A DNA stretch of 64,000 nucleotides from Azolla caroliniana (GCA_043228905.1 JBHGNT010000010.1:5766001-5830000); one strand, 5' to 3'. Positions 1 to 13,795 are shown, counted from the first letter of the stretch. The notes: generated by a model from the sequence alone, not told the origin. Program-made: numbers and translations.

Positions 1-775
1 TTGAAAAGATTACAAGGTTATTATTCCATCCTTGTGTTAATGTGTTCCATCTAGATGTATGATAGTATTATCAGCAGCTACATCCAGATTATCATATTCA
101 ACATTTTACAAATGTTTCAGGTCCTACTGTGCTTTGGGAAGATGATATTCAGGTGAGTTTTGCATTCCCGGAAAACAAAAGCTCACCAAAAAATGCAAGC
201 AAAAAGAAACAGAAGCCACATAACAAAGCTCTGACAAAAACAAACTGTTTGCAAGCGAAATAAAATGTTGTCCAGGCATTTTACTCACAAACACATTAAA
301 TGGGCAGCATATGCACGTGACTGGGCCATCAAATAAAAAATCCAGTACTATTTGGAAAGAAGTAACGTTTCCATCATTCATCAAAACCACTATGTTGATG
401 GGAACGCTCTTCAATTGGAAAAATCCAAATTACTGACTGCACTCAGCGTATTTAGTAGTAGCTCAGCTAAATGGGTTTTTCTGAATGTAGCAAATAAGGA
501 AATGACATTTTTTACATTTACACATACAAAACCCACTGAGATAATGGGTCATGAAATATATATCTACAAGCAAAAAGCGTTATTTGGATTTTTTTCCAAC
601 GGAAAGAAAGTATTTCTTAGCCACAAGGGAAAACATTGTCTCGCTACAATGGCAAAGCTTTCTTTGGTTTTTCAATGGAAGACATCTTTGGACTACAATG
701 GCAATAGAAAAACTTTCCATGGAAATACTTTCTTCAGATTCTCAATGGAAAACCATTTATTGTTTAGCCATTAAA

Positions 776-3700
776 TCAATGGTGAAGGTAGCCCATGGTT
801 CGCTTGTAATCGATCTCCTCTTTAAAGGTTAATTTGTCTGAAAGCCAATCACCACTAGTTCCTCTTTGCTTAAAATTCAAGCAGTTTTTTGAACCTGCTG
901 TTCCGAAAACTGGCCAAAAACCAAAACATAAAACATAACCAAACAATGTTATTCTTTTATGATAGAGAATGTATAAAGACTAAATTCAATAGACACACTT
1001 GAGTTGCATGAATGACCTAAACATTCAACTTGTTATGCCCTCATCCATAGATATTGAGGGGATTACTTAGAAGTACAGAAATTTATCTCAATAGACACAC
1101 TGGATTGCAGTAATGACCTAAAAATATGACTTCTCACACCCTCATCCATAGATATTCAGAGAATTACTCAGAACTATAAAGTTTATGTCAATAGAAACAC
1201 ATTGCCTCTAACTTACTTTCAGTAAGACTGCATGTTCTTTCACTGGAAAAAATCTCATCAGGATCAATACATTGTTGACTAACTATCTGAGGAACCAGAT
1301 TCTCTTTCCTGTTTCAATCATGAAAAAGCAATAACGTTTAATAATATATGTAGGGTACTTCAAAGAAATTAAGATGGCATTCATGAAAAACAAAAACGAA
1401 AACCCAAGTTAGCAGTTACCATGCCCAAGAAGGAATTGGTCTCTTTGGTTTATCATCCTCATCTTCCTCTTCCTCTTCATCATCAGAACTTTTGTAGGGA
1501 GAAATCTGATATGACTGAAACCCACTTTCTAAGGTTTTCACTTGCTCAAATGGGGTAGAGCATTGTGTCATTAAACTTTTGGGCTGCTGACCCAGGGACT
1601 TATTCTCCTTTGCTGATTGCTTGGCTAATATATGAGACATATTTTCATCAAATGATGTGGACAGCTTTCCACCATACATCTGCGGATACATGCTAGATCC
1701 AATGCGTGGTATACTTGGCACCCTTCCTGCTTCTGTAGGTTGATTTCTTGTTGGGAGAAGAACACGTCTCGATTGTACATCCCATTCAGCCGATGATGTC
1801 ATTGTGAAGTTCTCGGTTGATACCTCGGAAAACTAAGCACACATATTTACAGAAATCATTGAAACGTGTAAAAAAACCAACTCTGACAACAAATTAAAAA
1901 AGGTAACATGTTGTGTAATCATGAGGATCATTTCACTATACCATCCGCGGAACAAATGAAGTAGAGCTATCCTCATCATTAACTCTAGGTTGCAAAAACA
2001 CTGCTTCTTTCTGCTTCCGGTTGGCTTGCTTCTCAGCAAACCGAGCAACTTTTGACGACTCCTCTTGTTTTCTCCGACGTTCAGCTTCTTTCTCCTTTTC
2101 TATGCGCCGTTGTCTCTTTGCTTCCTCCTCTTGAGCTTTCCTTTTCCTTTCCTTTTCCTCCTGCACAGATTCGTCAAAATATTATTGGGCATTATGTTCG
2201 AAGAACTTGAATTGGTACAAGTTATTTTACACATTCTTAACTCTACTCTACGTACCAACATCCTTCGTTTGTTTTCTTTCTCGTCAAGCTCCAACCTCTG
2301 ACGTTCTTCTTGCTCTTTTCTTAGCTTCTGCACTTCTTCTACTCTCTTCCGTTTCTCTTCTCGTTCTCTCTTGTCGGCTTCTTCACGTTTACGCTTCCTA
2401 TCAGCAAGTTCTAACTCTTTTTTTCTCCTTTCTTCTTCTTTTTTCCTCTTCTCCTCCTCTTGCTTCTTGGTTTTCTCTTGATCTATTTTCATCTTCACCT
2501 CAGCAGCACGTTTCACCTTTTCAGCTACACCTTTTGTTGTGCCTTTTGTCTCATGGCCCTCCATTCGGCCCAACCTTCGTTCATATTCACGCTTTTCCTC
2601 CAGCCTCTTCGCATTTTCAGCTGCTTCAAGGGCTTTTACTTTGACTTCTCTTTTACCTGATATCATACAGCCATCCAACTTATGCTCCAGATGAGACAAT
2701 AACCCATGTAAAAAACAAGGTCTAGAGACGATGAAATCTCAAGGAGAGCAATAACCCATGTATAAAGCAAACTCTACAGAAAGCACAATGAAACAATAAG
2801 CATGTAAAGGAAGTCGTAGAAAATGAAAGCAACTCACCATTTGCATAGGGCAAGGCTGCCTGAGCCTGTTTTTGATGTTGAAGATCCAGAAACGAACTGG
2901 TAACTGTAGCTAAATTGTAGCGCTTGTGAGAGCTCTTCATCACATTCGGATTATCAAAAGTCTTGTTAGCTTTGAAACAGCATTGCTTTTCTGAAAGCGT
3001 GTCTGATTCATCACAGGTTTTACCAATGGACCAAGAATGATCAGAAGTTTCAGCTTCCTTTTCTTCTTCTTCTTCTTCTTCGAGATGGGTGTTGAGACAC
3101 ATTTCTGACTTTTGCATTCTAGACATTCCACAACTGTAGTCCAAATCAGACCTAGCACACCTAAAGTTTGGTGTGTCTAGATATCCACTTCGTAAACCAA
3201 AAGCTCCTGAATGACTACGATAAATTTTATCCATTCCGTTTGCCTGTTTTTGTGAGCTATCAAAACACAGTGCCTTGCCTTGCCATAATATCCCGAGCGG
3301 TGAGAATGAAGGACTTTCACATTCCTCGAATGAGGGCCTTGGAATCAGAAACTCAGATGGCAGAGAAACATCCAATAAGTTTTTGATGCCATTCTGTTCT
3401 TCATTTCCATTCATGGAAATTTTCATTTTCTTGAACAATTCTAGTGAGAAATCAGATGGAGACCGAGCCCTTTTCCTTCGATTGCTGTTTACAGTTCCCT
3501 GGGCCAAAAGCATGTTGAATTTCAGCGCACCAACATCAGTAGGTGTGGACTTCTGTATGTCTTCTCCAATATTACTTGCTGAACTCTTTGGAGAAGAAGT
3601 CTCCTCTTTAGTGTTAAATCTAAGAAACTTTCCTGAGCTCCCAGGAGAGAGAGATTCCTCTTCATTATCGAATCTAAACGCCTCCATCTCAGCAGAAGTC

Positions 3701-6700
3701 TTCAAGCGGTCAACACTGCCATTATTCAAACATGATCAATTCCAGTTGCACGTTTTGCAAAACCAATTGAAGAGATAAAGAGATGAGAAAATACTGACCA
3801 ATGTTTATGGTTGCTGGGTGAGCCAACAAGCGCAACCCTTTGGTAAGCAGTATTCTTTTCTTTTTGTGATACCAGATGTGGTATTCTGCTTGCATCATTC
3901 AGCTCCAGAATGCTGTGTTTCATCGCTGAATTCTGGGATAAATCTTGAAGAGCTAGTGGACTAAATTGGAAACTGTTGTTGTCAGGGCCCTGTATAAAAA
4001 TGGAGTGATGTAAGTAAGGCAGTACAATATACAACCAACATATTTAACCCTACATTGAAGAAAATGCGTTCCACCTCCTGCATGAACTTGTATTGGAGGG
4101 CATTCTCTGTTTCACTTGAATCTTTCAGCCTGTGAATCTCCTTCATTTCATTCAAATCATTTAGTTCGTGAACATCATTTGGTTCAGTGAAACTTGTTAG
4201 TTTGTGAATATCCTCTGTTTCTCTTGTGTCATTCAGTTTGTTAACATCCACTGGTTCAATGGAAGCTCTTTGTTTGCGACCACCCCCTGTTTCTCTGGAA
4301 TCATTGAGGTTACAGACATCCTTTGTTTCATTGAAATCCCTTACTTTGTAAGTATCCCCAGTTTCTCTGGAACCGTTCAATCTATGAAAATTATCCACTT
4401 CTTTGGAAAAGAGAATGGGGTCTGTTTCCTTGGTATCGCTTTTTTGTCTTAGGATCAAAGTATTAATGCATTCTGTTGGTAATGAGATCTCCATGTTCAC
4501 ATGAGCATACCTTGCCAATGAAGCCACCTCTGCAGTGTGATCTGAAAGTTCCCTATATTGCTCTTCTTCAGGGCTTTCATGCAATATATTCTTTCGCGCT
4601 CTTGATGATTCATAATCTACAGGGATTTCAAATTTCTGTTGACCTTGTGTTTTTACAGCAGTCCTTGTCATGTCAATATTCCCCCCTCCTATCTCCATGA
4701 GATATGGCTCAAGGTATGCATCAGTTCTCAGCAGAGAAGCTGTAGTAAATGGGCTCCTCAAGCTGCAAGCACTTATTACTCAAAAGATCAAAAATCCAGA
4801 AACAACAAGAAATCAAAGGACATGATTGTAATCAATGAAATCGATCAGATACAGGAGGATACTGACCAACTGTCATGATTGCTCGCAGAGTTATACAAAA
4901 GACCTTGGTGTACAAGAAGTTGCCCATTGCCAGATGATGATGATCTTCCATCATTAAAATCTGGAGTATTGAATACATTAGGTGAATTGAGAGATGAATC
5001 TTCAGGAGATAACAAACTACCTTGAAGATTGCCTGTGTGATTTTTGTCAGAAAAGATAACGCAAGCTTCTTCCTGTGCCAAAACATCTCAAAACATGTCA
5101 ATTGAAAGAGCACAACCATGCTGAAAACAATGAACTGAATAATATATTCCTCCTTATCACTTGGATTTAAACAAATTTGGTCCCCATGCAATACCTTGGT
5201 TTGGAGAAGTTCACTTGTTTCCTCAAATTCAGTCAGTTGGTGAACAGAGCATCCTTCACTGAAATTACTTGATTGACGAGTGTCCTTTGCTTCAGTAGAT
5301 TTGCGAACATCTTTCATGTCTTTGCAAATACTCTTTCTGAAGGTTGAAGTGTTTTCACATTCAGTCAACACTACGTAGTCCTTGAGGACTGATTGTCTAC
5401 TTTTTACCTTTGCACTCATTGTTTTGTTTTTAATGAGCTTTGAAGCTTTATTGAGTGAAGAATTTTTAGTTTCTAGAGATGACTGATCATGACTTTCCAC
5501 AATCCTCTCTCCAGATTCATTGAGATCAGCCTTCATGAACTTATTACAAACCATTTTCACAGGGCTTGGAAACTCTCGAGTGCTGTCATTGCTTAAAAAA
5601 CATCAAAATTTAGAATTTTAAAGAGAAACACAGGAAAAAGAAGAACACAGGTAATCCTTACCAAGTGCTGAAACTGACTCCAGATTCTTCACATGCAAAG
5701 CATTGCTGAAGAGGACCATCTCTTTTTCCTGGCAATAAACATGGAGTTTGGATTTGCCTGTTGAGCTTCTGTGTATTGAATTTGTTTCCTGACTGCTGCA
5801 ATGAATCATTAAGAACCAGTGGACTAAGTCCGAGTCTTCTTGTGTGATTCTTCTTAGAAGAGGTGACACCTTCCTGGACAAGCAAAGCCTGATGAGACAG
5901 ATTATTTAGATAAGTGAAAAAACATGGAAATAAAGAGCTTGAAGATAGTTTTATTACCATACCTCACAGGAAAATTGTTTTCTCACTCGCTGAGCATCCT
6001 TCGTTTCGTCAGCTTGGAGAACATCCTTTAGTACCTCCAAGCAATAACCTTTTTCTCCAGTCGACTTTTTCAAGCATTCCATTTCTGAGGAGACCTCCAT
6101 TGTCTGAGGAAAACCCAGTTCAGACACTTTAAGATTTGATGGCAAGTTGTTTCCAGCCAGTGACTCTCGGGAATGAAGTTTGTGGGAGCTATCTTTTCCT
6201 TGATTTGTTATGTGTCTTAGATCTTCATATCCTATATCACCTTGCACCATGAAGGATGCCTTTTGAGAGTGCAAGATGTGAGGAGTCTTTCTTTCCACAA
6301 TAGTTTCTGTCCGCAATTTTCTGACCTCTGTCTCGATCGTGAGCGGGGTCTGTCTAAACTCAATAGATTGTTTTCGTGATCTTTCTGCTACCAAGGATGC
6401 CTCATGAGACTGCTTGAAGTGAGGAGTGGTATCTTTGGTTCCAATCGTTTTGATAGCTGTCTTGATACGAGATAATGATGACCTACTTTTAGGGTTACTT
6501 GCAGAGCTATTATGTGCAATACCTTCATAAGCAGGAATTTCTTTTTTTTGTAATATAGGTTTTGGTGTTCTGATTGCATTATTCGGCTCCTGAGTGCTAT
6601 CTTTGATAGTTGAATTCTTAGATGAATCTTTAACAGCTAGTGACCTAAATCGAAACCCCGATGACAGTAGTTTTGTGGCATTGAACTCTGGAGTACTGCC

Positions 6701-9700
6701 TATATTGGCTGGATTTGGATATGAATCTTTAGGAGGTAGAGGACTACTTTGGAGACTATCTTTGAGAACATCTTTTAGTTCTTCGGAAATATTATTTCCG
6801 AAGGTTGAAGTGTTCACACATTCTACCATCATTGCTTGACTATCAACTGAATCACTAACATACCTGTAATACACTATTATCTTGCAGTTAATAAAAATAA
6901 GTAAAGATATAAATGGAATGTGCAAGGAGAGACTATACTGACCAAATTTTACGATTCTTTATAGAGTTTCCACACTCAAATCCCTCGACTGGAAACTGCC
7001 TTTTTCCTAACAATGGAGGCAGAGTTCTGTTTGCTCGATTAGATACCTGAATATCTGGTTTGCAAGTTAGAATCTGAGCTGAGGTTTTAAGAGATATTGG
7101 ACTCAGTTGAGAGCTAGCCATGTGAATACAAGTACTGCTGCAATATTCTCGTTGTATATTAACAGATAAATCTTTAGTTCCTAAAGATGATTGATGTTGA
7201 CAATTTTCCACGATCTTATCTCCTGAAGTATTGAGATCTGTCTTCATGACGTGAGTACGTTCCATTTTCACAGGGCTCGGAAAGTCTCGAATGCTGCTAT
7301 TAGTAAAGAAACATTAAAATCGGATTAAGGAGAAAAAAGAAGAAAACAAGTTATCCTTACCAATTGCTGAAACTGACTGCAGATTCTCCATATGCAAAAA
7401 CTTGTTGACAAGGTAGTTCCCTTTTTCCTGACAATAAACATGGGATTTGGATTTCCGTGTTGAGCTTCGATATATCGAAATGTTTCTCTGGCTTCTGCAA
7501 TGAATCGCTAAGAACTGGTGAACTGAGTTCAGGTCTTACTGTGTGATTCTTCTTTGAAGACATGATATAATCATCATCCTGTATGAGCAAAGACTGATGA
7601 TACACGTTAGTCACATTTTGAATTTTGCATGAAAATAAAGAGCTCAAGGGTATTTTCATTACCCTACCTTACACAAAACTTCCCCATTCTCTGTCAGATG
7701 GTGAATGGGATAGTTCCTTTGGTGGGCATCCCTTGTTTCTCTAGTTCGTAGAACTTCCTTCACGACAACTGCAGAATAACTCTTTTTGAAAGGTGACTTT
7801 TCTGAGCATCCAGTTTGTGAGAAGATCTCCATAGTTTGAGGAAAACCCATTTCAGAAACATTTAGATTTGATGGTGCATGTGATACATTCAATGCCTTTG
7901 GTGGTCTTGAAGCAGATGAAATTCTCAATACTTCAGCTGATGACTCAAGGCAACCCTGTTTGTAGGAGCTATCTTTTACTTGGTTTTTAAAGTGTTTCAT
8001 TTCGTCATCCTCTATAGCACCTTGCACTACCAAAGATGTCTTTTGAGAATGTATGATCTGAGGGGTTTTTCTTTCCATCATAGTTTCTGTTCCTAATTCT
8101 TCAATATTTTCCTTGATCATGGAAGGGGTCTCTCTGACCTCAATAGATTCTTTTAGTGATCCTTCAGCTACCAAAGAAACCTTTTGAGTGTGCTTCATGT
8201 GAAGAGTGGTCTCTCTGGCCCCAGTAGCTTCTATCTGCAGATCTATGGGATCTGTACTGATAGCCTCCTGAAAGTTCATCATACAAGGGGTCTTTCTAGC
8301 CCGTGGGTGTGATCCTTCTGATACTGTGGATACCTTCAGGGATTGCACGTGAGAGGTGGTCTCTCTTGTACCAATAGTTTCTCTTGGCAATTCTTCTCTC
8401 TCTGTTTTAATAGCTCCTTGAGAGTATACCATGAGAGGCGTCTCTTTGGCCTTAATAGCTTCGTTTTGTGATCCTTCTCCTAGTGATTCTTCTGCCACCA
8501 AGGGTGCTTTTTGAGAATACATCATGGGAGGGGTGTCATTGGCATTTCCTCGTGATTTTTGTTGTTGTGATCCTTCCACCACATGAGACTGTACAGTAAC
8601 AGGGTTCTCTTTGTCTCTAATATCATCTTTTTGAAAGCCTTCAGATACCAATGCTATAGTTTGAGAGTGGATTGTCTGAGGGGTCTCTCTGGATGCCATA
8701 ATTTCTCTTTGGGATTCATTAAACTCTGTCACGATAGGCATAGTGCAACGGGTTTTGCCATCCCCAATGTTTTCTTTCTGTGTTTCTTTGAACTCTTTGT
8801 TGGTAGCATGTGGGAAGCCCATCATGTGATGAATCTCTATGGCTCCAATAGATTCTCCTTGTTGTGACTCTTTGAGATTTTTCTTCATACTCCATTGAGA
8901 ATGCATCATGTGAGGGGCCTCCATGCCCCAAATATTTTCTGCTTGTGGTTCTATGGCTTCTGTTTTAATAGCTTTTTCCACATGAGACCTTATCACACTT
9001 GGAGGAGCCATGGCAATACATGGTCGCTTAGTTGTCCGAGATCTCGATGCATATGCTCTACCTCTAGGATTGTCAATATGTTCATCAGCCACATGTGAAA
9101 ATGACCCAATAGCTTCTTGGTCTGTTCCTTTCAGCTCTTCCTTGATAGTGACCTTGATAGATTCTCCTTGTGATTCTTTAAGGTTTACCTTCATAGGCAA
9201 TTGAGAATGCATCATATGAGGCACCTCTGCAGACGCAATAACTTCTCCCTGTGGTTCTAAAGCCTCTGTTTTCATAGTTTTTTCTACATTAGATCTCGTT
9301 ACTCTTTGAGGAACCATAGAAATGCATGGTTTCTTAGCTGTTCGAGATCGTGATGTCTTTGCTCTACCCCTGGGATTCTCAATATCATCATCAATCATGT
9401 TTGAAAATGATCCAATAGTTTCTCCCTGTGCTTGTCTGAAGTCTGTCTTGATAGCATGTGGGGTACCCTTCATGTGAGGAATATCTATAGCCCTGATAGA
9501 TTCTCCTTGTGATTCTTTAAGATTTGACTCTGTAGCCAATCGAGAGCGTGTCATATGAGGGGCCTCTACGGCCCCAATAACTTCTCCTTGTGGTTCAATG
9601 GCCTCTCGTTCAATACTTTTTTCCATATGAAATTTTCTTACTCTTTGAGGAGCCATAGCAATACATGGTTTCTTCGCGGTCCTAGATCTCAATGCATATG

Positions 9701-9989
9701 CTCTACCTCTCGGATTCTCAATATCTTCATCAAGAACATGTGAAAATGACTCAACATTATCAAAATTCTTCTTACATCGTATTGAATCCAAACCTAACGA
9801 GCCTATTACCAATGGAGCAATAGGAGGATCTACACATAGCCTCTGCTGAGAGTTTCTGAGATCTGATAGAGATTCGTGGAATTGATCCGCCAGATCTTTA
9901 AACTGTTGAACTGCTCGATTGATGCTTTGGAAGGAGTATTGATCTAATATGCCGAGAGCATGGCTAACACTAACTTCATCAGATGCCAT
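776..9989 (-). CDS. INCENP: INCENP/WYRD-like chromosomal passenger complex scaffold, 15 exons, about 2551 aa (manual model)
   Basis: C-terminal IN-box YQISPYKSSDDEEE..IPSWAWKENL..QQCIDPDEIF..CSLTEIF..RGTSGDW, preceded by GKREVKVKALEAAE and an E/K/R-rich single-alpha-helix region. GT-AG exons: 9989-7668, 7593-7361, 7296-6943, 6863-5963, 5888-5662, 5591-5195, 5072-4867, 4762-4075, 3989-3799, 3715-2838, 2656-2256, 2160-1942, 1832-1420, 1308-1217, 909-776. Phases are consistent and sum to 7656 nt. The internal boundaries are less certain than the C-terminal ones. Confidence 0.8.
986..1200. repeat. ~101-bp tandem duplication in the last INCENP intron
   Basis: TCAATAGA(C/A)ACAC recurs at 986, 1088 and 1188; CCCTCATCCATAGATATT is present in both full units. 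Confidence 0.8.
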
Positions 9990-10670
9990 TTTAAACCGTA
10001 AAACCTATGTTCCCTGTTCAGACCGTTCTCACCAGAAACTTTTAATTTGTGCAATGCTGATTCTGTTGAAATCTTTTCACCAGAAACTCTATTTTTTATC
10101 TCTCCAAACTATGCTTTGGTATAGATTATTGGACCTGCAATGTCAATTTCTCTGATCAAATATTTCACTTGAACCTCCAACTTTCTTTTCAATAATTGTA
10201 ATCAGAAACCCTAGCTTCTGTTCAAAACTGTTCATCGAGGAACCAACCCTACACTTTTGTTCAGATCTTTTTCAGCAGAAACAAGCCCTAAAATCCGACA
10301 GTTCACCAGAAATCTTACAGTTCGGTATTCCTCGGGATTAGGATTCGGTATCACCTCACGCAGCGAGAAGCTAATCGGACACGAACCCACCATAGCTTCG
10401 GAGCGGAAACGAGATGGGCTGAGCAGGAAAGGGGAGAAGACCAACGAAAAAGTGAAAACGGCGGAAGGATGGAAGAAGCAGGGGGGGGCGAAGCTTCCAT
10501 GGAAGCTTGGAGAGAGGTCTAGGGGATCGTAAATCTGTTTCTGTGGAGGGTATGGGGAGGAGGAAGATCAGAGGGAAGGATGAGAGGCCAAACAGGAGGA
10601 GGTTTCTCTCTGTCTTTCTTCCTACCCCCTTCTCTTCTCTCTCTGTCTCTGTCTCTGTCTCTCTATCTTA

Positions 10671-10707
10671 CCGTTAGAGCTAAAAGAAGGGATACTCTGT
10701 TTTCAAA
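10671..10707 (-). promoter_or_regulatory. MSA-like element (TCTAACGGTA) and CHR-like TTTGAA upstream of INCENP
   Basis: Reverse complement of TACCGTTAGA near 10671 matches YCYAACGGYY at 9/10 positions. TTTGAAA lies on the minus strand at 10701-10707. Further AACGG cores occur at 10023 and 10457. Confidence 0.4.
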
Positions 10708-10745
10708 TGCTTCCCACCCAAAAATATGTTGGCTTACTACATAAA

Positions 10746-10767
10746 TACATATATGTGTGTACATACA

Positions 10768-10800
<33 letters not shown>

Positions 10801-10910
10801 GTATGTACATACATACTCAGTACATATACATATGTACACAATACAAGAATTGATCGCATTTTCATGGCTATGTGTCGGTATGCATTGCATATGTATGTAT
10901 GTATGTATGT
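10746..10910. repeat. (TACA)n/(TATG)n microsatellite region
   Basis: Direct inspection. Confidence 0.9.
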
Positions 10911-12559
10911 CATTGTTGGTTTCTGCTTTCCGCTCTCTTCTGACCGACCACCTTTTCGCCTGCCTGCTCCCTCTCTGACTTCAAAACCCGATTACATGGA
11001 TCCTGGGGGTTTGTAGCTCCCTAAGCCTGTGTGTAGCTTTCTGCCTCTGCCCATTGTTCCTCGCATGCTTCTTTCGTTTCGGGAATCTTGAACCTCGATC
11101 ACGTGGACCGCAGCTATTATTGCCACAAATCTGATGATTGTTCTGATGACATGCTCTATAGACGAATGTGGATCGACAATATGACCTAAACTTAGTCATG
11201 ACTTGTGTGATGTTTTTGCTTGATGGGCTCGAGAGAGGCAACCAAAATTCGAGTTGTTGGATTGACCTTCAGTAGCTATAGTTTGTCTAGCAAGCTCAAT
11301 TGTGGAGGATTCAAACTTGACTTTGTCAGCTTATTTTGTAGCCATTCCTAGCATGTAACTCAATCACCCACTACATACGCGTCACCACAAAAACAACTTG
11401 TGTTGTGCAAACTATTGGGTTGAAAATGAGACCAAGATAATGAGTGTTTTTAAGGTTTGACCACACTTATCATGTATTACATAATAACTAAGAAGTTGAG
11501 ATTGGGGAAACCAACTCATTGATAATGTTGAATATTCAAACAACCTCCACTAAACTCATCTCATCAGCAAGTTCAAAATTTGAATTTCCTTTATCGTCCA
11601 TTTGTTATAAGCGAGATCATTGTCAAAACATTGAGACTAATAAATAGCCCGCTTAGAAGCTAAGTCTAATGTTCCAAACAATAAAGTAGACCTTCTATAG
11701 TCATGAAAGTGCCAACAATAAGGTTTGTGTCGACATTACCATGGTCCATAATGAATGCTTGATGGATTTGCCCAAATTTTTATTTTAGAATAGTCCACAA
11801 CAAGGAAAGTTGAGGGCTTCAAACAATGATCAAACAAACTAAAGCCAACGAGAAACTTAGAGTTGGCAAGATCAACATCGTTTATTAGGTTGGGAATCCC
11901 ATAGGATATATATAATGAGGGTGAAGATCATGGAAAACCACGGATAGCCCATCGAGAGAGAAAGTACAAAGCTTCAAACAAATAAAGTAGATGTAATTCT
12001 ATTCCCACTTGCACTGATAATAAACCGTGTCTTCTCTCTACGAGGGATAATAAAAGAATAAGGGAAAACTTTGCAACACTCAAAAGTGTTGGAATTGTAA
12101 AATAACTATATTTTATTATTACACACACCACTTAGTTGTGACAATCATCGATATTGTGTACGAACATTGAATTAGTCATTAAGTGTGTTATAACATGTTG
12201 ACATATTTGGAAGACAGGTATGTGAAGGTCCCATAAGAAAGGATAAGGTTGAGCCTTTGTAACAATATGTGTTCTCAAGTTAAAGTTAAACCATAAAAAA
12301 CGAGTCAAAATATCCACGTGCACATGTGATTGGGACCAAGCAAGTATGTATTCATACAAAATATTAGAAAGACAAGTAATGGATGTTTTATAAAGAACGA
12401 AGGGGCTCTAAAAGAATCTTATGGAGAAGGGTTACACATGTCACACACCCAAATCATGAAGACTATGTAAAAAATGAGAGTTGAAGAAGAGAAAGTAGTT
12501 AGCATGGGACACACACATATTTACACTAATTTACCCCATAATGCATATATTCAACTCTA

Positions 12560-13795
12560 AAGTAAATGTAAAACTTTTGCAATTGATGATAAGGAATATT
12601 GGAGTATATTTTGCACGCTTGTAAACATGTCTAATTGTTTATGCGTGAAATACATTTATAGTATTGATACCTTTCTGGTTATCCACACAACATAGTGCAG
12701 AGAGACTTTGACTCGGTACTTACTATCAATACTGCTTTGATTGACATGTATGGAAAATGTGGGGCCTTGGAACCTTGAAGTTTCTGCCAAGCATGAGGTA
12801 ATTCAAGCATGTTACAAACACAAATTTGAGACCAACATCATACTTGGTAATGCTCTTATTATCATGCATGGTTGATGATGCACAATCAATTTTCGATCAA
12901 ATGCATCAACGGAATGTGAGTAGCTGGAATACAATGATATTTATATATGGTCATCATGCGTAATGTCAAGAAGCACTTGAGTTATATGAGGGGAGTGCAA
13001 ATGACCTCGCATGGATATATTGTCAAAGTACCTATGGCACCTTGGGTGAATTAGGCCAAGGTAAAAAAATCCATAGTTGCATAATTGAGTGTGGATATGA
13101 GTCCAACATAGGGTTAGGAAATGCTCTCATAAACAGTGTGGGGTTTTGATGGAAGCATTCACAATCTTCAATGACATTAGGAAGGATGTGGTCTCCTAAA
13201 ATGAGATGCTCTCTTGCTTTTCTCAACATGGTCATGGGAAGAGATATATCGAACTCTTTGAACAAATGCAAGACGAGGGCACGAAACCAGATGAAGTGAC
13301 CTTCCTTACTATGTTAAGTGCATGCGGCCATGTTGGGTTGGTCGAGGAAGAATCAAAATTCTTCAAGTCAACGAGTGAGGAACACTGCGTTTTACTTGTG
13401 GTGGGTTAATATGGATGTATGGTAGATTTAGTTGTAAAAACTGGCAATCTCGATGTGGTTGAAGACCTTATTTATAGTATGTTAGGTCATGCCTTAGCTC
13501 TTATATGGATGACTCTAATTGGTGCATGTAGGAATTTAGGCGAGTTCAAGTGAGGGGAAAGGACCTTAAATTACATATCTCTCTTGGAACCCAATAATGG
13601 AGCTCTGTATATCTTGCTCTCAAATATTTATGCCAGATGGGAGTTGGAATGATGTAAAAATGCTAAACGAAACGATGGTCCAATGAGGAGTAAATAAACA
13701 ACGAGGATGCAACATGATTGAGGTGAATGATGAAATTCATAGATTCTTTCCTCGTGTTCAATGGCATCCCAATTGCAAGGCTATATATGCAAAAC
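12560..13795 (+). pseudogene. PLS-class PPR protein pseudogene with E/E+ domain (RNA-editing-factor type)
   Basis: Fragments INTALIDMYGKCGAL, NVSSWNTMI, PDEVTFLTMLSACGHVGLVEE, WMTLIGACR, LEPNNGALYILLSNIYA, GCNMIEVNDEIHRF and HPNCKAIYAK, broken by many stops and frameshifts. Confidence 0.85.

Noticed and set aside
352-774. 140-aa plus-strand ORF
   Set aside because: It lies antisense in the INCENP 3' region, has a non-ATG start and shows no recognisable homology.
10663-11016. ORFs over TACA/TATG repeats (also 52145-52552 and 39223-39648)
   Set aside because: These are microsatellite translations.
12132-12359. SHVHV as a Helitron HUH motif
   Set aside because: The flanking Rep motifs are absent and the match is too short to support.
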